64,000 nt of DNA from an uncultured Actinomycetota bacterium (GCA_963808435.1 CAWEFW010000049.1:3707-67706); one strand, 5' to 3'. Positions 49,525-59,598 are shown, counted from the first letter of the stretch. Made by a program: numbers and translations. Notes: generated from the sequence alone by a model not told the origin.

Positions 49525-51627
49525 TTACTTCGGGCTGCCGGTCAGCCGGAAGCGATAGTCCGCGTCCAGCACCTGGATGTCACCGGTCGGCATGTTGGAG
49601 ATGGCGACAGTGAACGTGTCCTTGGTTCCCTTCAGGCAGGAGGTCGAGAAGCCCGCCTGCGAGATGGTGTCGCCCTCGAACCGGTAGACGAAGTTGCCCT
49701 CATCGTCGACGATCTCGCCGGTGGACGTGGCCCCCGGTGTCAGGTCGCAGGGCGAGATGACCTGGACGACCCAGTTGTTGGTCTGAATGCCCGTGGTCTC
49801 GATCCAGTTGCCCGCAGCGGAGGACAACGTCGCCGTCTGGCCCCCCACGGTCACGTCGTCGACGAAGAAGCCGGTGTCGACGTACGCAGCGTCGGTGGAG
49901 TAGCGGAACCGTACGTCGGTCGTTCCCGCGGGAAGCGGCGCGCTCTCCAGGTGAATGTAACTCGGCTCATCGACGAAGTACTCGCCACCCGAGGTGCCGG
50001 TCAGACCGTTGCCCTCGTCATTGTTGTCGTGCGGGTTGGTGTCGGTGGTGATCTCGGTGCCGTCCTCGGTGAACAGAGGCACCGTCACCCACTCACCGTT
50101 GACCTCCGCCTCGAGGTAGCCGTAGTCCCAGCCCTCCTCGATGAAGTACCAGGTCCAGAAGTCGACGGTCGCTCCTGGCGCCGTTCCCGCACTGTCGACG
50201 TCGAGGATGCTCTCCTCCAGGCTGTCGGCGCCGCCCCACCAGTGGGTGTCACCGCTGTGTGGCGCCACCTGATCGGTCGGGTCGCCCTCGAAGGTGAAGG
50301 AGAAATACTTCCCGATGTTGCGGAAGTCCTCGTACGAGACACCGAAGGGTAGGCCGCTCTGTCCGGGCACCCGGGGATGGTTCGCCCACTTCGCCTCCGG
50401 CATCCGTCCCTGGTACTGGCCCCGCTTGTTCCAGAAGGTGTCGTTGGCGATGTCGATGGTGTAGGGGGTGTACGCCGGATCACCGAAGTTGATGTTCCGG
50501 AAGTCCCAGCGGTCGGACCCCTCGTCGTCGATCTTCACCGCGATCGCCCAGTCCTGGAACAGCTCGGTGGCCGAGCGCAGCTCGCTGCCGGTCTGGTCGT
50601 TGAACTGGTCGATGGCGGCTTGGACCCCGGCCATGCCGTCCGCCGCGTTCTGGAAGATCAGCTTGATCAGCAGGTCGCCACCGGCACCGTCGTACTCCGA
50701 GTCGGCGTTGTAGGTGCCGTCACCGTTGCCGCCCGCCTGCTCCCAGAGGTAGAGGAAGTAGGTGAAGGAGGCGCCGTAGTTCTCCAAGCCGCCACCCCAT
50801 CGGGTCAGCGACGTCTCCCGGTGGAACACCTGGTGGTAGGTCAGGTGCGAGCCACCGACGTCGTAGCCGTTGAGGAAGGCCGCCATGTCGGCGAGGCCCT
50901 CGTCCACCCAGGACGGCTCGCCCGGGTCGGAGTAGTTCATCAGCAGGTGCTCGAGCTCATGGGCGATGACACCCTCGTACAGGTTGGGGGCCGCCGCATC
51001 GTCGCCGATCCGGTTCGCCCAGTCGTACGCGTCCACGACAATGACATTCATGCCGGCGTCGCTGATGTACTCGGGCGCGAAGTAGCCGGCAGTGTAGGTG
51101 TCGACGGAGCAGTCGTAGTAGAACTCGTCCTGGACGTTGTAGACCAGCATGACCAGGGCGTCGCTGCTCGTCCCGTCCTCGCCGACCGCCGTGCCGATGT
51201 CGCCGTAATGCGCCTCATCGACCGCGACGATGTGGTTGGCCAACTCGTCGCCCAGGGCATCGATCTGAGCCTGCGTGATCAGATAGTCATCCGCGCTGCG
51301 TTCGGCGCAGGGGGTGAACTCATCGCCCGGGTTGGGATCGAAGGCGGGGTCGAGGAACGGCACGTCGCCGGCTCCACCGATCCCACCCTCGGGCACGTAG
51401 ATGTAGACGGGCGTGCCATCGGGCGCCGTGCCGGCGTACGCCTGCTCGAAGGTCTGGTGGTAGGAACCGCCGGCGGCACTGTCGTTGAGGTGCACCAGCA
51501 TCGTGGGGTCCCCAGGCTCCCCCACCGTGTGAGCGGCCGCCGGTGTGACGGCGAGTCCGATCGTAGTCAGAATCCCGAGTGCCGCTGCCGCGCCGACCGC
51601 CGCGACCCGCCGTGAAAAGTTGAGCAA
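49525..51627 (-). CDS. Secreted zinc metalloprotease with an immune-inhibitor-A-like C-terminal domain
   Basis: Sec signal ending 'PAAA', 'IAHELEHLL', 'WVDEGLAD', C-terminal 'FWTWYFIEEGWDYGYLE' and 'VRFRYSTD...GFFVDDV'. Confidence 0.85.
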   Translation of the reverse strand: MLNFSRRVAAVGAAAALGILTTIGLAVTPAAAHTVGEPGDPTMLVHLNDSAAGGSYHQTFEQAYAGTAPDGTPVYIYVPEGGIGGAGDVPFLDPAFDPNPGDEFTPCAERSADDYLITQAQIDALGDELANHIVAVDEAHYGDIGTAVGEDGTSSDALVMLVYNVQDEFYYDCSVDTYTAGYFAPEYISDAGMNVIVVDAYDWANRIGDDAAAPNLYEGVIAHELEHLLMNYSDPGEPSWVDEGLADMAAFLNGYDVGGSHLTYHQVFHRETSLTRWGGGLENYGASFTYFLYLWEQAGGNGDGTYNADSEYDGAGGDLLIKLIFQNAADGMAGVQAAIDQFNDQTGSELRSATELFQDWAIAVKIDDEGSDRWDFRNINFGDPAYTPYTIDIANDTFWNKRGQYQGRMPEAKWANHPRVPGQSGLPFGVSYEDFRNIGKYFSFTFEGDPTDQVAPHSGDTHWWGGADSLEESILDVDSAGTAPGATVDFWTWYFIEEGWDYGYLEAEVNGEWVTVPLFTEDGTEITTDTNPHDNNDEGNGLTGTSGGEYFVDEPSYIHLESAPLPAGTTDVRFRYSTDAAYVDTGFFVDDVTVGGQTATLSSAAGNWIETTGIQTNNWVVQVISPCDLTPGATSTGEIVDDEGNFVYRFEGDTISQAGFSTSCLKGTKDTFTVAISNMPTGDIQVLDADYRFRLTGSPK

Positions 51628-51946
51628 GGCCTGATCCCTCCGAGTGGTCCCGATAAAAGTTCGCCGACAAGCGGATTGCGCGAGTCGAGTCCCTGCCTGC
51701 TACCTGCAGCCGCCTCAGAGGCGGACTCGGGGATGGTAACAACGGCGTTTCGGGTACGTCGAGGGTGGTCGGGAAAGATTCGCGGCTGAAGGGCCTTTCG
51801 AGCCGGTTTTTATCGATCATGGTGTATCGATCCCCCGGGTGTTCGGCCAGCGACCGCGGCATGGGCTGCTAGCGCCGCCGCCCCGACGCCGCCTAGCGTG
51901 TACCCACGACTCACACCCCGGTCCGCGAAACAGAGGAGGGCAAGGC

Positions 51947-52999
51947 ATGGAGTACAGGCAGCTTGGCCGGTCGGGTCTCAAGGTGTCCACCGTGACCTTG
52001 GGGACTATGGGCTTCGGCGGTACGGGGTGGGCGAGCCCCGTCGGCCATCTCGACGTGAAGGCGGCGCGGCAGCAGATCGACATCTGCCTCGAGGCGGGCG
52101 TGAACCTGATCGACACCGCCGACATCTACTCCGACGGCCTGTCCGAGAGGATCCTGGGGGAAGCCCTGGGCGCCGACCGCGAGAACGTTCTGATCGCCAC
52201 CAAGGTCCGCGGCGCGATGGGCCCGGGCCCCAACGACGAGGGTCTGTCCCGCCACCACATCGTGCGCGCCGTCGAGGCCAGTCTGCGTCGGCTCGGCACC
52301 GACTACATCGACCTCTACCAGGTCCACGAGTGGGACGGACTGACTCCCCAGGACGAGACGCTGTCCGCCCTGGACGCGCTGGTCCAGTCCGGGGAGGTCC
52401 GCTACATCGGCTCGTCGAACTACACCGCGCGGCAGCTGATGAAGGCGCTCTGGATCTCCGACCTGCGCGGATGGGAGTCCTACGTCAGCCAGCAGATCTA
52501 CTACTCCCTGCAGGCCCGGGACGCCGAGAACGAGCTGATCCCGATCGCCATCGACGAAGGGCTGGGTGTCCTGGTCTGGAGCCCGCTGGCCGGCGGCCTG
52601 CTCTCCGGCAAGTATCGCCGGGGGCAGGAGGCGCCGGAGGGCACCCGTCGGTTCGAGGGCTGGACCGAGCCGCCGGTCAACGACGAGGACCGGCTCTACG
52701 ACACCATCGACGTGCTGGTCGAGATCGGCCAGGGCTACGGCGTCTCGGCCGCCCAGGTCGCGCTCGCGTACACGCTGGCCAAGCCCGCAGTCACGTCGGT
52801 CATCGTCGGCGCCCGGACCGAGGAGCAGCTCCGCGACAACCTCGCGGCCGCCGAGCTGACCCTGACCGCGGACGAGCTGGACCGCCTCGACACCGCGAGT
52901 GGGGTGCCTCTGCTCTACCCCTACTGGCACCAGGCGAACGTCCAGCCCGGCCGGTTCAGCCCGGCCGACCTCAGTCTCATCGAGCGACACCGGGCGTGA
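51947..52999 (+). CDS. Aldo/keto reductase
   Basis: '[16 protein letters not shown]', 'DTADIYS', 'IATK', '[16 protein letters not shown]'; GAGGAGG RBS. Confidence 0.95.
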   Translation: MEYRQLGRSGLKVSTVTLGTMGFGGTGWASPVGHLDVKAARQQIDICLEAGVNLIDTADIYSDGLSERILGEALGADRENVLIATKVRGAMGPGPNDEGLSRHHIVRAVEASLRRLGTDYIDLYQVHEWDGLTPQDETLSALDALVQSGEVRYIGSSNYTARQLMKALWISDLRGWESYVSQQIYYSLQARDAENELIPIAIDEGLGVLVWSPLAGGLLSGKYRRGQEAPEGTRRFEGWTEPPVNDEDRLYDTIDVLVEIGQGYGVSAAQVALAYTLAKPAVTSVIVGARTEEQLRDNLAAAELTLTADELDRLDTASGVPLLYPYWHQANVQPGRFSPADLSLIERHRA

Positions 53000-53138
53000 C
53001 GCCGGAAGTGTCGGCTCGTCGTCTCTGGAGGCGCGCGCCCTAGGTCCGCGGAGGCGCTGTGCTGGCGCGTATGACGAGCTGCGGCTGCACGAGGTCGGTG
53101 CTCACCGGAGGCAGGCCTTCGATGGCCGCGCATGCGCG

Positions 53139-53754
53139 CACGGAGTCGTCGACGGCATCCTGCCGGAGACCGGGCGTCGGCTGCCGCCGGACTGGGCGCT
53201 GCAGGTGCCGCAGGACTACCGCGACGTCCTCCGGAACGGCGTCTCCGGCCGCGGTCCGGTCCGCCGGGGTGGACCCGAGCGACGTGATCGGCCTCGCCAC
53301 CGACTTCACCGCCTGCACCATGGTGCCGACCACAGCCGACGGCGTTCCGTTGTCCGAGGCCGGCTTCGCGGACCGGCCGCATGCATGCGTCAAGCTCTGG
53401 CGACACCACGCCGCCCAGAGCCAGGCGGACCGGATCAACGCCCTCGCCGCGGAGCGGGGCGAGTCGTGGTTGCCCCGCTACGGCGGCCTGATCTCCTCCG
53501 AGTGGGAGTTCGCCAAGGCGCTGCAGGTCCTGGAGGAGGATCCTGAGATCTACGCCGCCATGCGGCACTGGGTGGAGGCGGCGGACTGGATCGTCTGGCA
53601 GCTGACGGGTCGCTACGCCCGCAACGCGTGCACCGCCGGCTACAAGGGCATCCGGCAGGACGGGGCGTACCCGTCGGCGGAGTTCCTGGCCGCGCTCAAC
53701 CCCGACTTCGCCGGTTTCGTGGCCGACAAGCTGGAGTGGCCGATCATCGACTGA
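53139..53754 (+). pseudogene. Ribulokinase (AraB-like, FGGY family) fragment
   Basis: 'LPPDWALQVPQDY' in one frame and 'TDFTACT...KLWRHHAAQ...SSEWEFAK...EAADWIVWQL' in another; frameshift near 53245; both ends missing. Confidence 0.85.
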
Positions 53755-53803
53755 CGGTCGCCTCGAGGCACCTCGGCGTGCTGAACCGCGGCTCGTCGTC
53801 GTC

Positions 53804-53988
53804 CTATCCGAACACGCTCATGGAGCGGGCCACCCGGTTCGGGCGGTGGTTGAGCTCGTCGATGGCGGCCTGGACCCGGGCCGCAGTGGTGGGCTTCAAC
53901 CCGCCGTTGGTCCGAAGGTAATGAGAGACCATCTGGTGGGGGACGCCGGCCGACCGGCAACCTCGTGGATGGCCGAGCGCTTGGGCAC
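53804..53988 (-). pseudogene. LacI-family regulator N-terminal HTH remnant
   Basis: 'SAIHEVA' then frameshift to 'AGVPHQMVSHYL...RVQAAIDELNHRPNRVARSM'; no effector domain. Confidence 0.75.
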
Positions 53989-54032
53989 CAAGACATCCTC
54001 CACATTCGGCCGGCACATCCGTCGACACGAAA

Positions 54033-54079
54033 GTGATCGATTACTACAGTTCTGCACAACCTCCAAAGTGATCGATCAC
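54033..54079. promoter_or_regulatory. Two palindromic operators (GTGATCGATYAC)
   Basis: GTGATCGATTAC at 54033-54044 and perfect palindrome GTGATCGATCAC at 54068-54079, each preceded by AAA, between the LacI remnant and the oxidoreductase. Confidence 0.55.
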
Positions 54080-54172
54080 CTTTACCGATGTGGACTGCGC
54101 AGGTTCGGGTCCCGCGCCAGGTGACCACCTCTACACCCGCCCCATGCCGGCCGGACAAAGGACTGATCAGCT

Positions 54173-55237
54173 GTGAGCACAGCACCCCAAGACCGAGGAC
54201 CCATCCGGTTCGCCGCCGTCGGCCTGGACCATTCCCACGCGTTCGGGCAGATCGAGGGCCTGCTCAGCCAGGGTTGCCAGCTGGTCGGGCTCAGCTCCGA
54301 CGACCCTGCCGCGGCCATCACGCAGACAGCTCGGAGCCGCTGGCCGGACGCGACCTGGACCGACGACCCGGGGAGCCTGCTTCGGGACCCGTCCATCGAC
54401 CTGATCGTGACGGCGGCCGTTCCGGACCGACGCTCCACCATCGCGGTCGAGGCCCTGAGAAACGGTAAGGACGTCGTGGCCGACAAGCCCGGCTGCGTCA
54501 CCCTCGAGCAGCTCGACGAGATCGAGCAGGCGGTTGCGCAGTCGGGTCGCTTCTGGTCGGTCACCTTCTCGGAGCGCTTCGAGGTGCGCTCTGCGGTCAA
54601 GGCGGGAGAACTGGTCCGGGAGGGCCGGATCGGGCGGGTCGTCCAGACCCTGGGTCTCGGTCCGCACCGAGAGGGTGACCGAGGCCACCTCGCCGGTGGT
54701 GCGGGACGCCCGGACTGGTTCTACGACCGGGACCGGACCGGCGGCATCCTCACCGACATCGCCAGCCACCAGATCGACCAGTTCCTCTGGTTCACCGGGT
54801 CCGAGGCGGCAGAGGTCGTCTCCAGCACGGTCGCCAACTACACCCATCCCGAGTCGCCGAAGATGCAGGACTTCGGCGAGGTGACACTGCGGTCCGACGG
54901 TGCCCACGGCTACGTCCGCGTCGACTGGTACACCCCGCAGGGCCTACCGACGTGGGGAGACGGACGGTTGGTGATCCTGGGCACCGAGGGCTATCTCGAG
55001 CTCCGCAAGTACGTCGACCTGGCCGGTCGCCCGGGCCGGGATCACCTGTTCGCCGTCGACGGCGCCGGCACCGAGTACATCGACTGCACCGACGTCGCGC
55101 TCAGCTACTACCCCGACCTCGTGCACGACGTGACCAACCGGACCGAGACCGCCTGTCCGCAGCGTCACACCTTCCAGGTGATGCGGTTGGCGATCCAGGC
55201 TCAACAGAGCGCCACGAAAACGGGGTTCGCCCAGTGA
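54173..55237 (+). CDS. Gfo/Idh/MocA-family oxidoreductase
   Basis: 'FAAVGLDHSH', 'VVADKPG', 'GGILTDIASHQID'. Confidence 0.9.
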   Translation: MSTAPQDRGPIRFAAVGLDHSHAFGQIEGLLSQGCQLVGLSSDDPAAAITQTARSRWPDATWTDDPGSLLRDPSIDLIVTAAVPDRRSTIAVEALRNGKDVVADKPGCVTLEQLDEIEQAVAQSGRFWSVTFSERFEVRSAVKAGELVREGRIGRVVQTLGLGPHREGDRGHLAGGAGRPDWFYDRDRTGGILTDIASHQIDQFLWFTGSEAAEVVSSTVANYTHPESPKMQDFGEVTLRSDGAHGYVRVDWYTPQGLPTWGDGRLVILGTEGYLELRKYVDLAGRPGRDHLFAVDGAGTEYIDCTDVALSYYPDLVHDVTNRTETACPQRHTFQVMRLAIQAQQSATKTGFAQ

Positions 55238-55449
55238 ACGAACCGGCTGGCCAAGACGAGTCTCCGGGTCGGGATCGTCGGCTGCGGCTCGATCGCCCGA
55301 GCGCATGCCCTCCGGACACCCGATGCCGCGCGAGCGGTACCACTGACCGTCCGGCCTGACTACTGTCGTGCTGTACTGGGCACGGTTGGAAGGGTGATAT
55401 CTGAGGCCGCAGCCGAGGCGCTCGAACAGTCCAAGACAGGAGGGCGGTT
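55234..55449 (+). pseudogene. Internally deleted Gfo/Idh/MocA remnant
   Basis: 'LRVGIVGCGSIARAH' Rossmann start followed within ~60 codons by a C-terminus-like '...EAAAEALEQSKTGG'; out of frame with the GTG at 55234. Confidence 0.55.
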
Positions 55450-56244
55450 GTGGCCCAGACCGACACCTCACCTCGACGAACGGCCAGCATGCTCGACGGC
55501 CTCATCATCCTCATCACCGGTGCGTCCAGCGGAATCGGTGCCGCCCTCGCCACGGGTGTAGGCGACGCCGGGGCATCAGCGGTCGCCGTCCACTACAACA
55601 CCGGTCAGGACGGTGCGGAGGAGGTGCTCCACCAGTTGACCGGCTTGGGTGTTGACGCTGCGCACTTCCAAGCCGACCTCTCGGTGAGAGGCGCTGCAGA
55701 GGCTCTGGTCCGACAGGTGATCGACCGGTTCGAGCGGATCGACGTGCTCATCAACAACGCGGGCACGATGGTCGGCCGGCGCCCGACGGCCGAGATCGAT
55801 GACGCCTACTACGACGCCGTCCTCGATGCCAACTTCTACTCCACGATCGCCTGCTGCCGAGCGGTGCTGCCGCAGATGATCGACCGCCGAGGTGGCTCGA
55901 TCATCAACGTCAGTTCCGTGGCGGCGCGGATCGGGGGTGGCAGTGGGGCGGTCCTCTACGCCGCGTCCAAGGGGGCCGTCTCGACGTACACCCGAGGGCT
56001 CGCACGCGAAGTCGCCAGTCACGGCATCCGCGTCAACGCCATCTCCCCCGGAACAATCGCAACGCCATTCCACGAAAGGTTTACCAGCCCAGAGGCGTTG
56101 GCAGCAGTCCAGGCCACTATCCCGATGGGACGTCTGGGTCGAGCCGACGAGCTGGTCGGTCCAACGGTGTTTCTCGCCTCCGACGCAAGTAGCTACGTAA
56201 CCGGACAGATCATCGAGGTGAACGGCGGCCAGTACTCGCCCTAA
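55450..56244 (+). CDS. SDR-family oxidoreductase
   Basis: 'ITGASSGIG', 'INNAG', 'YAASK', 'IRVNAISPG', 'YVTGQIIEVNGG'. Confidence 0.95.
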   Translation: MAQTDTSPRRTASMLDGLIILITGASSGIGAALATGVGDAGASAVAVHYNTGQDGAEEVLHQLTGLGVDAAHFQADLSVRGAAEALVRQVIDRFERIDVLINNAGTMVGRRPTAEIDDAYYDAVLDANFYSTIACCRAVLPQMIDRRGGSIINVSSVAARIGGGSGAVLYAASKGAVSTYTRGLAREVASHGIRVNAISPGTIATPFHERFTSPEALAAVQATIPMGRLGRADELVGPTVFLASDASSYVTGQIIEVNGGQYSP

Positions 56245-56440
56245 GCGGCTGACCCGGTTGGTAAGCGTACGGGTAAGCAGCAGCCCCGAGGCGACACCTG
56301 CATCGAGACCTGGCTGGTGCGTCCCGGAGATCAAGACTTGAACATTCCAGCCCGGGCCCGCCAGAGCCCGAGGCCGAGCGCGAGCTGGCCGAGGAAGCGC
56401 GCGCGCCAAGATCATGCACGTCGCCGCCTAGCATGCCGTC

Positions 56441-57205
56441 ATGGTCAGACCAACTGCTGTTCCTGGACTCGCCGGCCGTCGAGGCCTAGCCCTGGTCGGC
56501 TTGACAGGAGCGCTCCTGGGCGGGATCGGAGACGTGCTCATCCTCGGCCGGCCCTGTTCTGGCAGGGACTTCGACCAAGCTGCCGGCATGGTCCCTCCGC
56601 ACATCGATCCCGACAACAAATGGCGGTCCTTGTGGAACGGCGCCGCCCTTCCCGAGCGTCGCGTCCAGGTCGGAACGCTCACCGGACATGTCGGGATCGG
56701 CCTGCTGCAATGGCTGGCCATGCGGGGAATCAGTCGGACCATCCACGCCGGACGCGAGCGCAGGATCGCCGCAGCCGCGGCTGCCGCGTTCGCGGTATCG
56801 GGGGTCATCACCCACCAGTGCTGTGCAACGGTGATCCTGGCGTACAAACGGGCGACGGGAGACGCCCTCGAGTCGAACAACGGTGCACAGCGTTCGCCGC
56901 GCTCCAGCACCCGCCTGCTCGCGGTAAGCGCTGCCGCGTCGCTCAGCGCGCTCGCCGTCTTCAGTGCCAGCCTGACGGTCGCGGCGCTGCGTCGTCGCAG
57001 CTCCGCACCCGCCGAGTGGTCGGCCGTGACGCCCTTCCCGTGCGTGATGGCGACCCTGCTCAGTTTCGGCGTACTTCCCGCTCCCATAGGCGGATACGCC
57101 CGTCCAGCATCCATCAGCATCGGATTGATGACGTACTTCGCCATCACCGCCGCATCGGGCCAGCGACACGCGACCAACTTGCGGCTGGGTCGCACGGGCA
57201 GTTGA
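56441..57205 (+). CDS. Hypothetical multi-pass membrane protein
   Basis: About 5-6 hydrophobic segments; 'GGIGDVLIL' near the N-terminus; no family recognised with confidence. Confidence 0.6.
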   Translation: MVRPTAVPGLAGRRGLALVGLTGALLGGIGDVLILGRPCSGRDFDQAAGMVPPHIDPDNKWRSLWNGAALPERRVQVGTLTGHVGIGLLQWLAMRGISRTIHAGRERRIAAAAAAAFAVSGVITHQCCATVILAYKRATGDALESNNGAQRSPRSSTRLLAVSAAASLSALAVFSASLTVAALRRRSSAPAEWSAVTPFPCVMATLLSFGVLPAPIGGYARPASISIGLMTYFAITAASGQRHATNLRLGRTGS

Positions 57206-57283
57206 GGTCGGGTAGCGACAGCCGCCGCGCTCCGAATCACCGACTCCGGACGCGTAATACCTGGTCAGGCTGGGATTGAGAGA

Positions 57284-57324
57284 GTGGAGCTTAGGGATCG
57301 AACCTCTGACCTCTTCCATGTCAT
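57284..57324 (-). pseudogene. Degenerate tRNA 3'-half fragment (tRNA-Ala-like), possible att-site relic
   Basis: Plus-strand GTGGAGCTTAGGGATCGAACCTCTGACCTCTTCCATGTCAT resembles the reverse complement of an actinobacterial tRNA-Ala acceptor/T-arm/anticodon region; no 5' half. Confidence 0.55.
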
Positions 57325-57453
57325 CGACAGACGGGCCGATCAACTCACACGGCACAACGAGCACTTCAGTCCGCTGGCGTTCGTGCAAGCCTCACGAGGC
57401 TGGACCGACCGGCGGGGGTCACCTGAAAGTCCGCTTCAACTACGCTGAGGACT

Positions 57454-58443
57454 GTGGAGAGGGTGCGGTGGGGAATTATCGGCGTCGGGAATGTGACCGA
57501 ACGTAAGAGCGGGCCGGGTTTTCAGCTGGCCGAAAGGTCTGAACTCGTTGCGGTAATGCGCCGAAATGCAGGTCTCGCTGCTGACTACGCTCGACGAAAC
57601 AATGTCCCGCGTTGGTACGACGATGCGGACGAGCTGATCAACGATCCAGAGGTCGACGCCGTCTACGTTGCAACGCCACCGGACTCACATAGGGAGTATG
57701 CGGTCCGCGTCGCACAGGCTGGCAAGCCGGTCTATGTAGAAAAGCCGATGGCCCGCACAGCACTGGAGTGTGAGGAGATGATTTCGGCCTGCGAGCGCGC
57801 AGGGGTGGGCCTGTTCGTGGCCTACTACCGTCGCGCCCTACCGCGTTTCGCGACAGTCAAGGAACTATTAGACGGTGGTCGGATCGGTGAGCTTCGGTCG
57901 GTGAGCATCCGCAACGAGCGGCTCGTCCAGGTTGGTGGGGCCGGCGACGGAGGGTGGAGGGTAGAGCCAGAGATATCGGGCGGTGGCTACTTCGTCGACC
58001 TCGGGTCGCATGTCCTCGATTTGCTTGACTGGCTACTTGGTCCGGTGACCTATGTGACCGGAGTCGCTACAAACCGCGGTGGACGCTACCGAGCCGAGGA
58101 CCTAGTCACCGGGGTCTTCAGCTTTCGTTCCGGCGTGGAAGGTGTCGGTGTCTGGAACTACGACTCGTTCCAGGACAAAGATCAGATCGAGATTATCGGA
58201 ACAGCGGGAGCATTGCGCTTCTCCTGTTTCGGCGACGAGCCGTTGAGCTTGCTCACTGGTCGCGGCGCGGAACTGATTGAGGCGCCCTATCCCGAAATTG
58301 TTCAACTGCCCCTCATCCAGACCGTGGTCAATAACTTGACGGGTCATGGCCAGTCGCCCAGCAACGGACATAGCGCTATGAGAACGACTCGGGTTATCGA
58401 CGGCCTGCTCACTGACTATCGGAATAGCCACGGAATCAACTAG
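57454..58443 (+). CDS. Gfo/Idh/MocA-family oxidoreductase
   Basis: 'RWGIIGVGNV', 'VYVATPP', 'YVEKPMA', 'SGGGYFVDLGSH'; more A/T third positions than in core genes. Confidence 0.92.
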   Translation: MERVRWGIIGVGNVTERKSGPGFQLAERSELVAVMRRNAGLAADYARRNNVPRWYDDADELINDPEVDAVYVATPPDSHREYAVRVAQAGKPVYVEKPMARTALECEEMISACERAGVGLFVAYYRRALPRFATVKELLDGGRIGELRSVSIRNERLVQVGGAGDGGWRVEPEISGGGYFVDLGSHVLDLLDWLLGPVTYVTGVATNRGGRYRAEDLVTGVFSFRSGVEGVGVWNYDSFQDKDQIEIIGTAGALRFSCFGDEPLSLLTGRGAELIEAPYPEIVQLPLIQTVVNNLTGHGQSPSNGHSAMRTTRVIDGLLTDYRNSHGIN

Positions 58444-58623
58444 GGCGTGTCTCCTGAATATTGGGCTTCGGCACGTTCCTGGCGATATCTACCTAACGGA
58501 GGCAGTCCATGTCAGTCGAAGGGAACTACGCTTCTCATCCAAGCGTTACTAATAACGCTGACGCTGAGGTCGAAGAACACTTAAGCCCCAGCCCGGGTCG
58601 ATGAGGGCTGGCGCCGCTGCGAC

Positions 58624-59598
58624 TCAGGCTCTGCATCCTGCAGCTGCTGGTGGGATATCGCTGAGGGTCGCTGACGAAGTGAGGATCACTCGGTACACGT
58701 CGGCGACCGCAGCGGCGATCGCCTGCCACCTGGGCAGGTTGGTGTCGGGGATCGTCCCGGAGCGGGCCTGGGGCTGCTGTTCGATCTGTATGCCGTTGTG
58801 CTGGTCCGTGGTGAGCCGGTTGACGATGTTGGCTTCGTCGGCGCCGTCGAGGGGGTCCCCGATGCTGGCGATCTCGACGCTGAGTCCGGTTCCGGCGACG
58901 GCAAAGGCGATGACGGCCCGCATCACCCGTTTGAGCGGGTCGGGCGCTGCCCCGCCGATCAGGATGTCCGGACGTCCCTCCTCGGTGAAGCCGTGGAACG
59001 ACACGGCATGACGGAATCCTCTCGCCGCTACAGTCGCGAGCCGGGGGAAGCTGGCGGTGCTGATATCGGTCGAGGTGATGTGCCACCGGGCCCCGGCCCC
59101 GCCATCGGGCTTCCAGCCCTTGCAGCGCCAGCAGCTCACGCCGACGTCGGCCAGCAGATTCCTAACGTGTTCGGCCTGGTCATCGGTGCGTGGCTCGATC
59201 TGGCCGCCGTGCGGAGCGATGACGAGCAGGTCGCGGTGATGATCATCGTCGTCGAGCAGCTCCAGCAACTTCTGTCCGTTGCGGGCCTCCTGCTCGCTGG
59301 CTGCCGGATCGACAGCCGCGCTGTCGAGGATGCCGCGGAACTGCTCCTCCTCGGCGCCGTCGAGCCGGCCACGGCCGTCAAAGCCCATGCGGACCGTGTT
59401 GACCGACAGCTCCGACACGGCGTCGGTGAGTGTGTAAAGCGCGAACGTGGCGTTGTCACGCCGGATGATCGCCTGTCGGCCGACATCGAGGCCGAGGGGC
59501 TGCAACAGGTCCGGCAGAACCGAAGCATGTTCCCCTTGCCGGCGCAGGTCGCCCTGGTCCGGCCGCGATCTCCTGATCGAGATTGACGCATGAGGCAT
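58624..59598 (-). CDS. Poly-gamma-glutamate hydrolase-family protein with N-terminal extension
   Basis: 'LLVIAPHGGQIEP.T', 'WHITST.I', 'AVSFHGF', 'G....NIVNRL', 'GIQIEQ' motifs of the phage-type gamma-PGA hydrolase family. Confidence 0.8.
   Translation of the reverse strand: MPHASISIRRSRPDQGDLRRQGEHASVLPDLLQPLGLDVGRQAIIRRDNATFALYTLTDAVSELSVNTVRMGFDGRGRLDGAEEEQFRGILDSAAVDPAASEQEARNGQKLLELLDDDDHHRDLLVIAPHGGQIEPRTDDQAEHVRNLLADVGVSCWRCKGWKPDGGAGARWHITSTDISTASFPRLATVAARGFRHAVSFHGFTEEGRPDILIGGAAPDPLKRVMRAVIAFAVAGTGLSVEIASIGDPLDGADEANIVNRLTTDQHNGIQIEQQPQARSGTIPDTNLPRWQAIAAAVADVYRVILTSSATLSDIPPAAAGCRA

Noticed and set aside
51630-51830. Riboswitch upstream of the secreted protease
   Set aside because: Some short hairpins and ATCGAT repeats, but no match to c-di-AMP, SAM, cobalamin, TPP or other consensus I know.
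57270-57350. Intact tRNA gene
   Set aside because: No D-arm or 5' acceptor strand, and the T-loop is damaged; recorded only as a fragment.
58440-58460. IS5-family-like terminus (CTAGGGCGTGTCT)
   Set aside because: Resembles ends of actinobacterial IS5-type elements from memory, but there is no transposase ORF or second end; too short to support a call.
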